NCBI RefSeq assembly: GCF_009914755.1
Contig: NC_060930.1
Source of the DNA: the human T2T-CHM13v2.0 reference genome, Homo sapiens
Strand: one strand, 5' to 3'
DNA: 64,000 nt
The position numbers were made by a program, and so were the translations under genes. This document shows, piece after piece, positions 1 through 15,384 of the stretch (its first letter is position 1; the number at the start of each line of letters is the position of its first letter). The notes under the pieces are model-generated. The model saw only the letters and a list, made by a program, of their open reading frames with translations. It made no database searches and was not told where the DNA came from.

Positions 1-86
1 TGGAGTTTAGACTGCAAAAAGAGGACAGAAAACAGCAAGTCTACTTTTACTCATGCTTCCACAGATCCCAGATGAGCCCCCGAAAA
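1..86 (-). mobile_element. Start of MER52-associated ERV1 internal region (continues off the left edge)
   Basis: Lies directly after the LTR's ...GTGACA end on the minus strand and begins with a tRNA primer-binding site. Confidence 0.7.
65..82 (-). promoter_or_regulatory. Retroviral primer-binding site, tRNA-Pro type
   Basis: Minus strand reads CGGGGGCTCATCTGGGAT versus PBS-Pro TGGGGGCTCGTCCGGGAT (15/18; the two internal mismatches are CpG transitions), 4 nt after the LTR end. Confidence 0.8.
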
Positions 87-1643
87 TGTCACAGGATCCT
101 TGGGGTGTTGTTTCACCAGCTGAAAACCTTTGTGCCCAGTGTCACCTTTGCCCAAGTTTTGCTTAGGCCTGCTGGGTTCATTCTACCCACTTGGCCTGGC
201 AGGCTGTGCTTGGCTCATGCTACTGGCCTGGACTCCATGCCTGCCAAGGGCAAGCCAGGTGCAGAGTGGAGAGGGATGCATGAGCATGCAAGCATGGGGG
301 TCTTTCCACTGCACAGAGCCAGGCATGCTGGCTGCCACATGGCAGGCAGCTACACACACAAGCATGGACACTGGCTCCCTGCAAGGCTGTGGCTGGACCA
401 GGTGTGCCATAAGCAGCTTCCACTGGGGGCACCATGGAACTTGGTGGCACCCTGAAGCTTGGAGTTGCCAGGAACCACAGAGCCCCAAAGAAGGTGTCAC
501 AGCCCTGGCTCAGGGAACTCCTAGGCCTATGCTCCCCGAAGGGCCGTAGCTCTTCTCTCCTTCTGTCATCTCCTTCTCATCACTGCAATGTAGTGAGCAG
601 GGGTGTGTTTCAGCCCTGTTTATGTTACAGCTTTTTCAGCCCCGCCATTCAGTGGGTCCTGAGTTCTTGTCCCATGTCCAGGAATAATAAGTTAGGCAGG
701 CAAGTGGAGGGTGAGCAAGGTGAAAATGTGCTTTATTGAGTGACAGAACAGCTCAGCAGAGACCCACAGTGGTTAGCTCCTCTTTGCAGACAGGTCATCC
801 TGATGAGAGTCCAGCTCACAGCAGAGAGGAGACCTACAGTGGGCAGCTCCTCTCCACAGGCAGGTTGTCCTGACATCTGCCCAAGTCTGGCTGAGTCCAG
901 GGTTTCTGTGGGCTTCAGGGGGAGAAAGGGCATGCTAATTTGTCCACAGGCAGCCATGTGCAAACCCAGAAAAACACTATAAGTTCTCACTTCGGTCCAC
1001 AGAACTGGCAGCCTGCCCACCTGACTTCAGACCATCCCAGGCCTGAAGAAGGGGCTTTACTGAGGACCAGCCCCTTTCCTCCCAGGAGCCTGTCTGCATC
1101 CTGCTGCCACTAACCTGCCCTTCATGGTTCCCAAGCACCCAGGCTCCCTGTGCTGAGGGGTGCCTACAGGCCCATGATGAGCCACCCTTAGCTCCCCCCT
1201 CAGTCTCCCTCCCATGCTCACTGGCTCCCAATGTCTGGAGGGGGCTGAAGCAGCAGAAGGCTGCCTTGTCAGCACTTCCCCAAACACAAGCACACCAGCT
1301 GGGTTGTGACAGTGCTCAGGCTCGGCCACAACTTTGCTCTGAAATTGGAGGGGGCACCAGGAGCAGGGAGAGGCCAGGCAACTGGAGCAGACTCTTTCAA
1401 GCCTTCAGGAGGACTTCCCAGGACCCCCAGATGCAGAGATACCTGGGTCTGCAGCCATGGCTGGGTGGCTACAGCTACGCCAGGACAGTGGGATCTCTGC
1501 CCCACCAACTTGGAAGGGGATGAGGATCCCTGTCTCTTCCCAGCTCCCACAGGCTCTGTGGAGTGCACAGCCCCAGCCACACTTCCCCCACTACAGCCAG
1601 TGTATTTGCAGTGGCCACTCCAGACTGGCTGCCACTGCTATCA
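87..1643 (-). mobile_element. MER52-family LTR (ERV1), 5' LTR of a provirus
   Basis: GC-rich 1.55-kb block with TG...CA termini on the minus strand (TGATAGCAGTGGCAGCCAGTCTGGAG ... CCCCAAGGATCCTGTGACA) matching recalled MER52 ends; PBS adjacent. Confidence 0.8.
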
Positions 1644-1723
1644 TCATGACTTGACTTTCAGCTTAATTTTTTTCCTTTTGTGCATAATCAATTGGAGTTC
1701 CAAGTTTTTACTTTCCTTTCACA
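1644..1723 (-). mobile_element. First ~80 bp of the 3' LTR of a MER4-group provirus, interrupted by MER52
   Basis: Diverged direct repeat of 10220-10302 (both end ...CCTTTCACA on +); preceded on the minus strand by a polypurine tract (AAAAAGGAAAGAGGGGGATGTAGAAA, 1724-1749). Confidence 0.8.
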
Positions 1724-2392
1724 TTTCTACATCCCCCTCTTTCCTTTTTAAAATCTTTCAGAGAAAACATTTTAGAAGAAAATTCATCTCTGGTATTGGG
1801 TTTTGTCTGATCTCTTCAGCTAGGATGGTTATTCCTAGACAGATAGGTCCCATATTGTAAGAAAACCTCATTTTTAGCAGGGTGTGAAGTTTCATATCCC
1901 AGGAAGAAAATATAGAGAGTAAGAAAGAAATAAAATGAGGGGAAAAAGGGGGAAATAATATACAACAACAACAAAAAAGGGGAAACAATCCTAGAAAACT
2001 GATATAGGCCATATTATTCAGAAGTCTATACCTCAGCAGGCAGGCATAAAATCGTTCATGTATATAAATAGATTGCTGTCATTTTCTTCTAAAGTTTAAG
2101 TGTTTAGCTTCAGTTTTCAAGGCATTAAGTAAAGTACAGCTTAATTTTTAGTGATTTCAAATCAGTAAAAAAATGGGAAAAAAGAAAAATAATAAAGAAG
2201 GAAGGAAATAATAACGAAGAAAAAAAACTAAAAACATTATTTTGGAGACTTGTAGCCAGGAAAAATTTTAGGACTCAGTCCAAATTGTAGAAAACAATAA
2301 AAGTTGGAAAATATTGTACAAGGCTAGAATCCAATTAACAGCTGTACTATAGTTTATTTTGAAACATAATTTTTCTCTCTCCAATTCCCCAA

Positions 2393-4035
<1,643 letters not shown>

Positions 4036-6142
4036 CTCAATTTTATTGAAGACAAAATCATAGCTGGAGCAATTTCTTTGTAAACTAAGTTTTATTCTTA
4101 TTATATTTGGTTTGATTATTTGCATGAAGTTCAGTAAGAATAATCATTTAACAGGCAGGCTCTCTCTTTTTCTTAACATTGTCTTTGCTAGAACCTTTTC
4201 CTTAAGGAATCTAAGATTAGACCTGTTTAGAAAGCTTTGGCCCAGCCAAGGATTCATCTGTGCTTGTAGATACCTGTATGAATTAGTTGAATTCTGTTTT
4301 CAAAGTCCCAATAAAACTTGGAGTTTCTGGACCTATCAGAGAGTGGCATTCTTCACTTATCACAGGTCAGGACCCTGAAAAAGACAAGGTATGAGGCCAG
4401 TTTCTTTCCAAAGGGCTTTTATTGAAGCTATAGATCAGCTTCATTTTCTCAAACTTATCTGAAAATATGTCATTCCAGTCAAGGCCTTGGTAAAATAACC
4501 AGTGTCTCCAGTTATTCCTTGTTATAAAAGAAAGCAGATTCTTATTGAACTTATGCAAATAACTATATTACCATAAATTAATAATACTCACAAATAGTTT
4601 CCAAATTTTGGATAAATTATGTAGAAAGAAAGGAATTATGTTTTAAATTTTGCTCACTATATTATACTTTACTCAATTGTTAAAAGCTGTAAATAGCTTA
4701 AAAGAAAAAATTTTCTTGACTCAAAAACAACAAAAAAAGTATCAGCAAATATTTGTAACAAAAATTCATAAAAGATGATTTCAGTCTTCTGTTAGTATAC
4801 CCCATACTAACAGCTGATCTGCTCAATCAGAACAACAATTGGAGCAACAATCCTCATGAATACATGGGCTCTCCATGAGGGTTCTGAAAGTTTTTCTCTA
4901 TTCCGATGGTACAAGCTCTAAAGTTACCAGAAACTTTTATTTAAGAGTACACTGCATAGTTCTGTAGCTGATGATAAATGGTTGTATAAAAGGATCAAAG
5001 TAAAACATCACTTGTGGATGACAAAAACATTAGGACAGACATGATAAAAGACACAACAAGGAAATTTGGTTATTTCTGTGGTATACAGCAATTTTACATA
5101 ATAATTATGACTACTGATAACATATGCTAAGACATCAGAGTCATAATCTCACACAATTTTGGAACACACACTAATAACACAGTAAATAAATATAATCCAT
5201 AGAGAGGTTATTATTTGACAATGCTACCTTTGTGATTCTATTATTCCAAATAAGCCAAATATGTCTCTTTTTGACTACAGAGGACCTAACATCAAAAAAT
5301 TAATGGGGTTAAAGGGACCAAATTCAATTTGATTTCTGAAAGAGTTTGTCAAACACTTGATATCACAAAGTAGGATCACAGGTCATTGTAAAATAATTCA
5401 TTCATTTAGCCAAAGTAATAACTCAAAATTTTCAAAAGAAAAAAACCTTTATTCTTTGAGGGAAGAGACTTAATTTCCTAAACAATAAGCCCTAGTAAAG
5501 ACAGCATAAGATGACTTAAATCTGTCTCTCAACATTTATAAGCAAATCAACTAAATTTTAATCATCTTGACCATAAGATATAACTTTCACAAAACTTTTT
5601 GTAACTTTGCATAATATTTTAATTTAAAAGTAGTTTAATGCTTCAGAAAAACCTTGTTAACTTGACCTAGGGGCCCAGATACTGGTCATGCATCAGTGCG
5701 CCTTTGATATTAATGTTTAATTTACAAAGAAATTCTGAACTAATTTTATCTTTTAAAATTGGCCCTTACAGCCTCATGTGCACACCTCTTCCTCAGTAGT
5801 CCCTAGGCATAGAGGGGTTTAATAGCTTTAATTCTGGCCCCATGTCTCAGTAATGCATTTTGTTTTGATTGTCATCTTCTCCCGGATCTGAAGATGAGGC
5901 TTTAACTACTGTCACACGTTCAGATTTAGCAGGACTTGGATTTTTAGATACAGGAGTCAAGGCCCTGTAACTTAACAGCACAAAGACTTTAAAAGCAATA
6001 CAAAAACTTACATGGATGTTATAACTTTAATTTTTAAAAATTTTAAAATCTGTTTTCCTAAGCAAATGAAAAACTTAATAATAATGAAATAGAAACTATT
6101 CTGATTAAATGTAAAATCCAGTTGTTAGGCCATTACCAAAAG

Positions 6143-6144
<2 letters not shown>

Positions 6145-6178
<34 letters not shown>
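6145..6178 (+). repeat. Poly(A) tract, 34 nt
   Basis: Uninterrupted A run within the MER4 internal region. Confidence 0.95.
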
Positions 6179-6180
<2 letters not shown>

Positions 6181-9100
6181 CTTCCTACATTGTGATTGCT
6201 TTCCCTCCATAAGGATTCTATTTACATAACCTGCAAGTCAAAAATGAATAGGGTACTTAATTAATTATATATAGGGAGAATGTGCCCTGGGTCATAAGTG
6301 AAGATTTTCACGTATGTTTTCATAGAACATTTTAGACATATTAAGAAAAGCCAAGAGCACAGAATGTTATATTGGAAGAAAACATTCCCTCTAGACCTTT
6401 AAGATAAAACATTTTTATCATCAGGCCACAACAGCAGTTAGAACCTGAGGGAAAAAAAATTACAGGAGCTGACAAAAAAGTTGAAACAGAGAATTATTAT
6501 CTCAGATCTCCTCAAAGGGGAGAGAAACCTGAAAATAACATGATGTAATAGGAGTTAAACTTTTGATTTACAAAATTAAAATCTCTTGTAATTTTATTAA
6601 GAGTAAGTCAATATTTTCAGAAAATTTTGTTGTTCTAGCCAATTTTTTAGAGTATTAAAATATTTTAAATATCAAAACCCAATCTCTTGAAAGACTATAA
6701 TTTCCTCTTAATTATAGCCAACTTGATCAAATGCAGTTTTTTCCATAAATTCTCTTTTTACAAACTTCATTGTGACTTATGTAAACCATTTATGACATGC
6801 TTGGACTTTCTGTTTTATTATAACCATCCCTCTTTCTTAAATAGTCATTTTATTTTGTGACAAAGAAGTTACCATACACGATTCTTTCTCATAGAGAATT
6901 ATTTTCCTTTTAACCTTTCTTACCAAAAATACCTCTTTATGTCTAGAACTTTCTTTACATCTCTGTTATTTACTGGCTCTTTTTACCTTGTTTCTTAAAA
7001 AGCCTTTAAATATGATAAAAATTAATTCCTTTTAGTAAAAGTTTTTTAGAAGATTGTTTTCCTATAATATATTTTTTTTAAATTGGAAATGACCAAGATA
7101 TTTAGTTGGTATATATTATTTAATTTAGTATACCTTTAGATTCTAAATTATATGACAAGTTTTTTATAAGCATTTATTTCCTTATATTTACTTAATTAAT
7201 TTTAATAGTTTATTTAGATTACTTAAGAAAACTGTGATATTCATTATTTAGTTATTTCCATATTAATTTTTGTAACCTGCAAATTTCAGGTGTTTTCCTG
7301 AGTAAGAATTTTAAGGTTAAATAAATATTTTGGTTGTTTTTTCCTCCAATAACTCAGGATTTAATTGTTTTCATTAAACCAACAATATTAGATAACACAT
7401 TTATCAAAAATTTACAGTAAGATCATTCTGTTTTGGGCTGGGTTTATGCAAAATTTTAAATTTTGACACCTTATAATATCTTGCAGACATTTTAATTATA
7501 AAACCATTTGATCAATACATCTAAACAATAAAGCATGCTGACAAATCTGAAAACATCTCTAATTTTATTTTACCAACATATTAAGCAAGCTTTTTTAAAA
7601 AGATTTATTTAAGTCATATGAACTTGAAAAGCATCTGGGCTTATTTACTTAACTTTATGAATACTCCTTTAGTTTTAAGCCAATTTGGTACCTTGTGGCC
7701 ACAACACACAACACACAACCAAACACAAATACATACACATAAACACATAAGCATGCATACACCCTTATACAAACAAAGATCCCACAGCTTTTCTTTTGGA
7801 ACTTTAGCCATGAGATATCAAAACTCACTAGTATACAAAAAAAGGTTGGATGCAAACTGTGGGTTTTATTTCAACAGAAGTAGAAAAGTCCTCTAAACTA
7901 AAAAAATACATTTTCTTAGGAAAAAGCCATAACCTCATTTTTTTTTAATCTTCATCCAAAACATATCTTATTCTCCTGCTATTCTAATTCTTAGTAACCC
8001 TAATTCTTAGTTGAGGGCCTAGAATTATTTTATTTAACATAACATGGCTTTAAGATTTTAAATTACTGGAGATAATTTTGAGACTAAATTTATCAAATTA
8101 ATCTTACCAAAGACTGCAAAAGTCATCTGAACTTAAAAGCCTTTAAGCTAGTTTCTATTAGTTTGATAAATTCTTACTTTTTTAAGCAAATTTTTTAGAG
8201 TTGTTTCATATAATTTGGTAGTAAAGTATCACCTCCAGATGGCACATATAAACATATAGACATGACAGACCTAGAGAGAAGCATATATTTTAGATTTATA
8301 ATTTTGTACTTGCCTGTTTTTTTACTTGCCTTACTTTAGACTATTAATCTCTTGATTATATGTTCCATGTCCTAAACAATTGTTAACTAGGCAACTGTCA
8401 ATTTGCATCTCCAAAGGCATGACTTAGGTGAAACAAGGTAGAAAATGTACATCTCAATGGCACAGACAGATTGATCTAAGCAAAGTCAAGGTCTGTTATG
8501 TAAACTTTAAGCTATAGTCTTTCCCCTAAAGGTCCTAGTGGTTTTCGGGAGAGACAGAGATGCCCTTAAAAAATGTGATTTCTTTAAAGTTGTAAATTTC
8601 CTTTACGAAGTATTTAATTAAAGTGATTGATTTTGACAGGTGATCCTTTTAATTTGGCTTCATTAGATTACTGGCTTTAGGGTGGAGTCTTTTAAGGAAC
8701 AGGGCCAAGAAAGCATGCAGTTTTTAGGGATTAAACCATGACTTTCTTATTCAAATGTGCAAATAAACAAGTAGGTCCCTGTAGTAATGACCATTTCCTG
8801 TAAACTCTTTGCAGTCACTCCCTAACGTTGTAGCTCTCATCCACCATTACACACACCAAGATCAGATGCTCTCATAGTACAAAGTATTCTTTGGTATCAC
8901 CAAAAGCCAAATAAATCAAGTAATACAATGCAAGAAAACAGAGCTGTAGACCTGAGAAGACTCTACCCATGACTCTTGAAACTCCACAAAGAAAGCAGAA
9001 CATCTCCACAAGAGATGAGTGGTACATTTATTCTGAGTTGTTTAAGGGGTCTGAGTCATTAGATGTCTTCTCTAGGGTTTTTTTTTTTTCCTCAGTACTG

Positions 9101-9824
9101 AAGATGGCAAAAGGAGAGGAGAAATAGGGTGGTTGAAAGAAATAAATGAAAGAACAATTTTTAAGAAAGAAAGTGAACAGAGAAATCAAGTGTGTGGTTT
9201 TGTCTTTCTTTTTGAAACAGTGGGGAATTTTAGTTAGTTCAGAGGCCTTGTTCCTCATAATTTTGAATTCTCATTTGTATTTGGCAAAGCTGGGTAGAGT
9301 GGGTCAAATCTGATGGGAGAAAAACCAAAACAACAACAACAACAAAAAACAAACAACACAATTACTAAGCACTCTAATGGTAAAGAGAAATTAATGTCAG
9401 CTCGTTGTTAATCTTAACTTTTAGTCATTAAGGACGATTTTTAAGACAAAACCCCAATTTAGCAACTTACCTAGGAATGGGGCCCAGGCTTAATACTGCT
9501 CTCTACCACCTTAGAAGCATCAGAAAACTCAAACTTGCCTATCCTGTTGGAAGTGAGCTGAAACTCCAGAAAGAAGTTGTCTGCCCTCATCATCATAGAA
9601 GCAGGAAAACCTGCCTTCAGTGGTGGAAGTCGGCCAGAAAAGGAGTTCTACAGCAAAGTAAACCTTAGATCTCAACCAGATTTTAGCAGATTAGGGATTC
9701 TCTGGAGGGGAATGCTCCCAGGCCTCAGCAAATTGTCTTATTGGTTTGAGCCATAAAGATAGCCCAGGATGGTACCAAGCTCCCATAGGAGACGTGTCAA
9801 AGGTCAGGGCCACCTCCACTCAGA

Positions 9825-9844
9825 GTTCCTTCCATTGGTCACCA
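9825..9844 (-). promoter_or_regulatory. Degenerate primer-binding site, tRNA-Arg-like
   Basis: Minus strand TGGTGACCAATGGAAGGAAC resembles TGGCGACCACGAAGGGAC and directly follows the LTR. Confidence 0.6.
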
Positions 9845-9846
9845 AT

Positions 9847-10302
9847 TAGAAAACCAAAAGGTATCTGAGAAAGTCTCAATAAATTTAGAAGTTTATTTTT
9901 CCAAGGTTAAGGACATCCCCAGAAGAGAACATATCATGGAATCACAGAAAGTCTGTGATCTGTGCCTTTTTCCAAAATTGATTATGAGGGCTTCAATATT
10001 TAAAGGGAAAAATGGGTGAAGAGGAAAGAAGGAGGGTATCATAATCCACATGTTACAAGGGAAACAGAACAGGAAGAATAGTCAGTTATGTATTCATGTT
10101 GTGCTCAGTAAATCTGTACTTTGTATAAGATAAGATGAACATAGAGCAGCTACCTGTGGAGATATTTAACCTTTTATCTGTAGCTATCTGCTTAGGAACA
10201 AAAGGAAAGGCAGCTTCTCGCATGACTCAGCTTTCATCTTATTATTATTTTTTTTTTTTGGCATAGTGAATTGGGGTCCCTAGTTTTTCTTTACCTTTCA
10301 CA
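9847..10302 (-). mobile_element. MER4-group 5' LTR (~455 bp)
   Basis: Minus strand begins TGTGAAAGGTAAAGAAAAACTAGGGACCCCAATTCACTATGCC, the recalled MER4-type LTR start; PBS follows; partial second copy at 1644-1723. Confidence 0.85.
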
Positions 10303-10534
10303 TGAAAAAAAGTCAACCTGAGAAAAATTATTCCATTCTTGTTAGTTAGAAGCAAACACATTTTTAGTTTTACAACATGCAACTATATTTTCTCTTCAAT
10401 ATGTGTGTATAAGTATCTATTTCTAAAAATAGCTACAAAACAGGTAAGTATATTTAAACTGTAATTAAATTTAATTTACATATAGCATGGCAAGTTACTG
10501 CGCATGAGCCAAGTAATATTTAATTCAACATTCA

Positions 10535-10855
<321 letters not shown>

Positions 10856-11241
10856 CTCATTAAGTAGCTTCTTTTTTTATTTTTATATTTTTAAATAAAA
10901 TAATTTTATGTACTCATAGATCAGAATTATTGGTTCTTATGTTAGATTTATTTTATGTGAGTAAAAAAAATTAAAATTTGTGTATGGTAAGTATTTTACA
11001 AATAAAAAGTAATTTTTACTGTGTCCTAAAATAGATTCTATAGACCAACCTAAAGGAAAACTCACTAAATAATTTTTAACTATTAGTTTCTGATCAAATG
11101 TAATGGCTAACCAAGAGAGTTGCACTTGGGGTAGTAGTCAAGGTCTGATTCTAGAAACACTTTCAGTTTAAGTTCTCCCCAAATAACTGATAGTCACAGA
11201 ATCACCTCATGTTTCTGCCTCTGTAATAAATAGAAAGAAAG

Positions 11242-11270
<29 letters not shown>
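11242..11270. repeat. (CA)n microsatellite
   Basis: About 14 perfect AC units. Confidence 0.95.
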
Positions 11271-11273
<3 letters not shown>

Positions 11274-12315
11274 CAAGGAATGTCTGAAAGTACATATTAT
11301 TCCACAAAAAGTTTTATACCATGAAACTTAAGGCCTGAAATTGCTTAGGAGATCATTAGAATGTTAATTATTCCTCACCTCATTGATTGCTTATCAATGC
11401 AAATAGCAAAGAAAGAATTATTTTAATTAAAGGGAGGAAGAAATTGTGCCTTTATGGCTGATGTTCTGTATAAGAATAATTGCCTCATTAACCTTACTAT
11501 ATCAACTCCACCTCATTGTGAAGGTCAAATAAATGGATTTATGTACTTCTGAGTCACAGAATATTTTATACAAAGCATTGAAAGTGTTTCTATATTATTT
11601 GTTTGAGTTAAAAATTTAAAAACAATCCAAAAAATTAAGTAATATAGTTATAGAGACATATAATGTAACTATTATTATCTTTACATTATTTGTTCAGAGA
11701 AAGAATGATGACCCAGGCTGGCATAAACTATATGTGTTCTTGGAATAAGACATGATCAAAGTTGGAAATATTTCTTCTATATAAGACTTTAAAAATATAA
11801 TGGCAAGATTCTTAAAGAGGGAGTTTAGAATATAAGATAAAATACAACCATGGCTCTGCTTATACAAAAAATTAGTGTGCTATTTTTAGGACACCACTTC
11901 AAGACGTGTCAGGATTCCTGGCCTATGTTAAATGACCATAGCAACATTGTTTCCTAAAATTTTTTGGAAACAGTTATCCTTCCTATTGTTAACTCTCTCT
12001 GAAATAAATTGAGCATGAACAAGACATTTTTCATTATAACGGGACTCTCAATTTAACAGAAATTGTCAAAGGATAAGAAGCCATTGGTTTAGTTTTAAGA
12101 GGCTGAACTGCTGATTAAATCCTCTGGATTTTCAAATATCCATACAGATAACCAACCCCAATACTAACATTTATCATAATCAGGAATTATGTAACAGCTT
12201 TGGTCATTGGAGTAAAACAGGACAACCATGCACCTTTGCTTACAGCAAGGTATTCTTGTATCTAAATGAAAAAGAACATTTCTGTAGGTGCATGATTTTT
12301 TCATGTCTAAATAAA

Positions 12316-12878
12316 TTTTTAATTAAAAAATCTTTTTTTACAGAAAAGTTACAAGGACAGTACAGTGAGTTCTCACATACACTGTATTCGGTTTTTACTA
12401 TTATTAACATCTTGTATTAGTATGGTACACTTATCACAACCAATGAACCAATATTGCTACATTATTATTAACTAAAATCTAGACTTCATTCAGATTTTTG
12501 TACTTTCTCCCTAACGACCATTTTCTGTTCCAGAATCCCATTTGGAGCAACACATTACATTTAGTTGTCATGTCTCCTTAGACTTGACTGGGCTGTGACA
12601 GTTTCTCAGACTTTCTTGTTTTTGATGCCCTTGACAGTTTTGGAGACTACTGGTCCCAAAATTCTAGGTATTTTGTAAAATGTTTCTCAACTGGTGTTTG
12701 TCTGATGTTTTTCTCTTAGGACTGTGGGTTATGGGGAGGAAGACCACACATGTAAAGTGCCTTCTCAATACATCATATCAAGGCAAGGATACATGTAATC
12801 AACAAGACTTACCACCATCGATGTGGCCTTTGGTTTTCTGGCTGTGGTAGTGTTTGCCAGCTTTCTCCACTGTAAAGG
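12316..12878 (-). mobile_element. Old L1 3'UTR (L1MC-type)
   Basis: Recalled L1MC motifs ACATCTTGTATTAGTATGGTACA, AATGAACCAATATTG, CATTTAGTTGTCATGTCTCCTTAG, GGGAGGAAGACCACA. Confidence 0.75.
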
Positions 12879-14109
12879 TTGTAGCTGAATATTTAGTAAA
12901 CATTAGTAAGTGTTGCAAGAGTTGTGTATACTCAGAAAATAAGACATATGCCCACCTATCTAGTAAGAATTAGTTTCTGGCTGGAGGGAAGGAGTTAAGA
13001 GAGGTCTCAAATTCCCTTTCAACTCTGGAATTCCAAACTCCCACTCTCTATCTATTCACACTTGTTAATAGAAGCTGGTTAAGTGCAATCTTTTTGTTGT
13101 AAAGAATTTATGAATGATTCAAAATACATGTCTTAAGGCTGAGAATTAATTGGACCCCCTCCCCCCACCATGAGTGTTTGGATCATTCTCTATTGACTTT
13201 ACTTTTTAAACTGGATTTTAGGAATAATTTCTGGATTTCAATAGCATTTTTAGGTTGAAAGACTTATGACACAGATGGAATGTCTAACTTACAATAGTTG
13301 ATCATCCATAAGCTCCAAATACATCACTAAGAGAACATAAAATAATGGACAAAGAGAATATTACAGGAAAGAATTGTGGCAGAAGTAGGGGAGTGGTGTA
13401 TGGGGGAGAATGAGTTGTCAGAAATTTATTTGCAAATAGATCAAAGTCATAGTCCCACAAACATTAAAGTTCCCTAGACTTTAGGAAGTAAATTTTATTT
13501 AAGATTGTTTTTAAGTTGTATTGTTGCACTAGTTTAAAATTTCCTTGTCTTCAGATGCTTAGTGTCTAATGAGAGAGACAAGGAAAAACTAGATAAATAT
13601 AATGATCATGGAAAGTACTACACCCATCTGACAGGAGGAAATAGGTCAACACCACACACATACACATACACACACACAAACACATTCATACACATTTATA
13701 ATTTGTACCATTTATTAATACACCCCATTGTGGTTTGTTGGTACACCTGTATGTGTTGTATGTGGCATGTGGGTGCTTCATTTGGAATACATGTCCCAGG
13801 AACTTTTGGCAGTAATTGAGGTCAACTTAAACAGATGAAAGCACATATAGGAAAGAACAGTCTGATTTCTCCAACTACACAAAGCTAAAGTGAGTCCGAG
13901 GTAACCTTAACTGAGATGACCTTACAGCCATCTGCCATTTCCCAAATAAGTCAATACAACATGAGATAAGATTTAAAGGCTATAAACATATGAAAACTCT
14001 ATTTCCTTGGCCAGTTATGGGTGGCAGGGTAATCCAAAAAAAAAAAAAAAAAAGAGAGAGAGAGAAAACTAGGCTAGAATCAAAATCAGCAGATGATGTG
14101 GCAGCACAT

Positions 14110-14362
14110 GGTCAGCACGGATTAGAGGTTAAGATCATGAACTCCAAAAACAGAGTGTCAGAGTTCAGATCCGAGCTCTGCCAACTATTAGGTATGTGAT
14201 CTATCTGTGCCTCCATTTTATAATCCCTAAAATAAGGATAATAATAGAACCTATCTAGTTTTCATAATATAGTTTTAAGGATTAAATGAGTTAATATCTC
14301 TGATAACATTAAAATTAACTCTGATGTTTAATGACCATATAAGTGTTAATTGTTTATTATTA
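14110..14362 (+). mobile_element. MIR SINE
   Basis: GAGTTCAGATCCGAGCTCTGCCA, CTGTGCCTC and AGGATTAAATGAGTTAATAT match the MIR core. Confidence 0.7.
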
Positions 14363-14439
14363 CTTCTTATAGCAACTAAGGGTAGCTTCTTACAGCTGTA
14401 CTAAATGAACACTTTAGAATGAAATAAACTTAAATTTTA

Positions 14440-14585
14440 GTTCTTATTCAGTATGTGTGACTTTAGGTAAGTCGTTTATCCTCTCTGAGTCAGTTTTCTC
14501 AACTTTAAAATGGCACTTATGAGGAGTAAATAAACCATGCATATATAATCTTTAAAACATCAGCTCAGTGTTTATTGTAATTATT
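14440..14585 (+). mobile_element. MIR fragment
   Basis: TGTGTGACTTTAGGTAAGTCGTTTATCCTCTCTGAGTCAGTTTTCTCAACTTTAAAATGG core. Confidence 0.65.
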
Positions 14586-15384
14586 AACATACCGATAGTA
14601 CTGGCTAAATAAAACGTAGAAGTAAACCAAATGAAGAGAGATCTCTTAATAAAAAGTGATGGACTCCAGCACTGGCTGTCACTAAACTTGGAGGTTCTTA
14701 AACATCTATGGTGGGAGAGCAGTGTATTGCTACTTTCAGGGCCACAGAAAATGTTGCTAATGTTTGTTATCAAAAGATATTTTATGACCTGATTTTTGAC
14801 TTTTAAAGAGAAGGACTTGATTGTCCAGCAGGTGCTTTTCTTATATTTGGTGTGTGTGGTTTGCAAGCAAGAGAAATATAAATGTACATACAATTTTTTG
14901 TACACTACATGCTATAAACATATTTTTGTAAAAGGGTTATAATCACTAGAAGTATCTTTATTCCAAAGTTGCTTCCAAATGGTGTATCTTTTGTTTACAA
15001 CTGTGTATTGAATTATTCACAGAGAAAAAATGTGAATACATCAATTAAAACATAATTTTCTCATCCCTACTAAATTACTATATATCTTGTAGACAGATAC
15101 AGGGTAAGGTCTTATTAGATTAACAAGTTAGAATATTTGGGGTGGGTTACAGAGCAGTGATTACAGAAGGATGTGTACATGTAAGTAGGATGAGTAGCAG
15201 GAAAGCAGTTAAATAAAAGTGCTCAATAAGATTTTTAATGAAAAAAGTAAGCTTCTAGAAAAAATGAAAAATGGGAACCAGATGTATCCTCATACCTGAA
15301 ACCATTAAAAAATAGACAAAATATATGAAGCAATAGTTTACAGGCAACAAAGTCACTAATCTCTGAGAGAAGGGAAACAAATAA

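Noticed and set aside
72-1860. Cluster of overlapping 65-184 aa ORFs
   Set aside because: They lie in or start in the GC-rich MER52 LTR, occur in several frames on both strands and show no recognisable domain.
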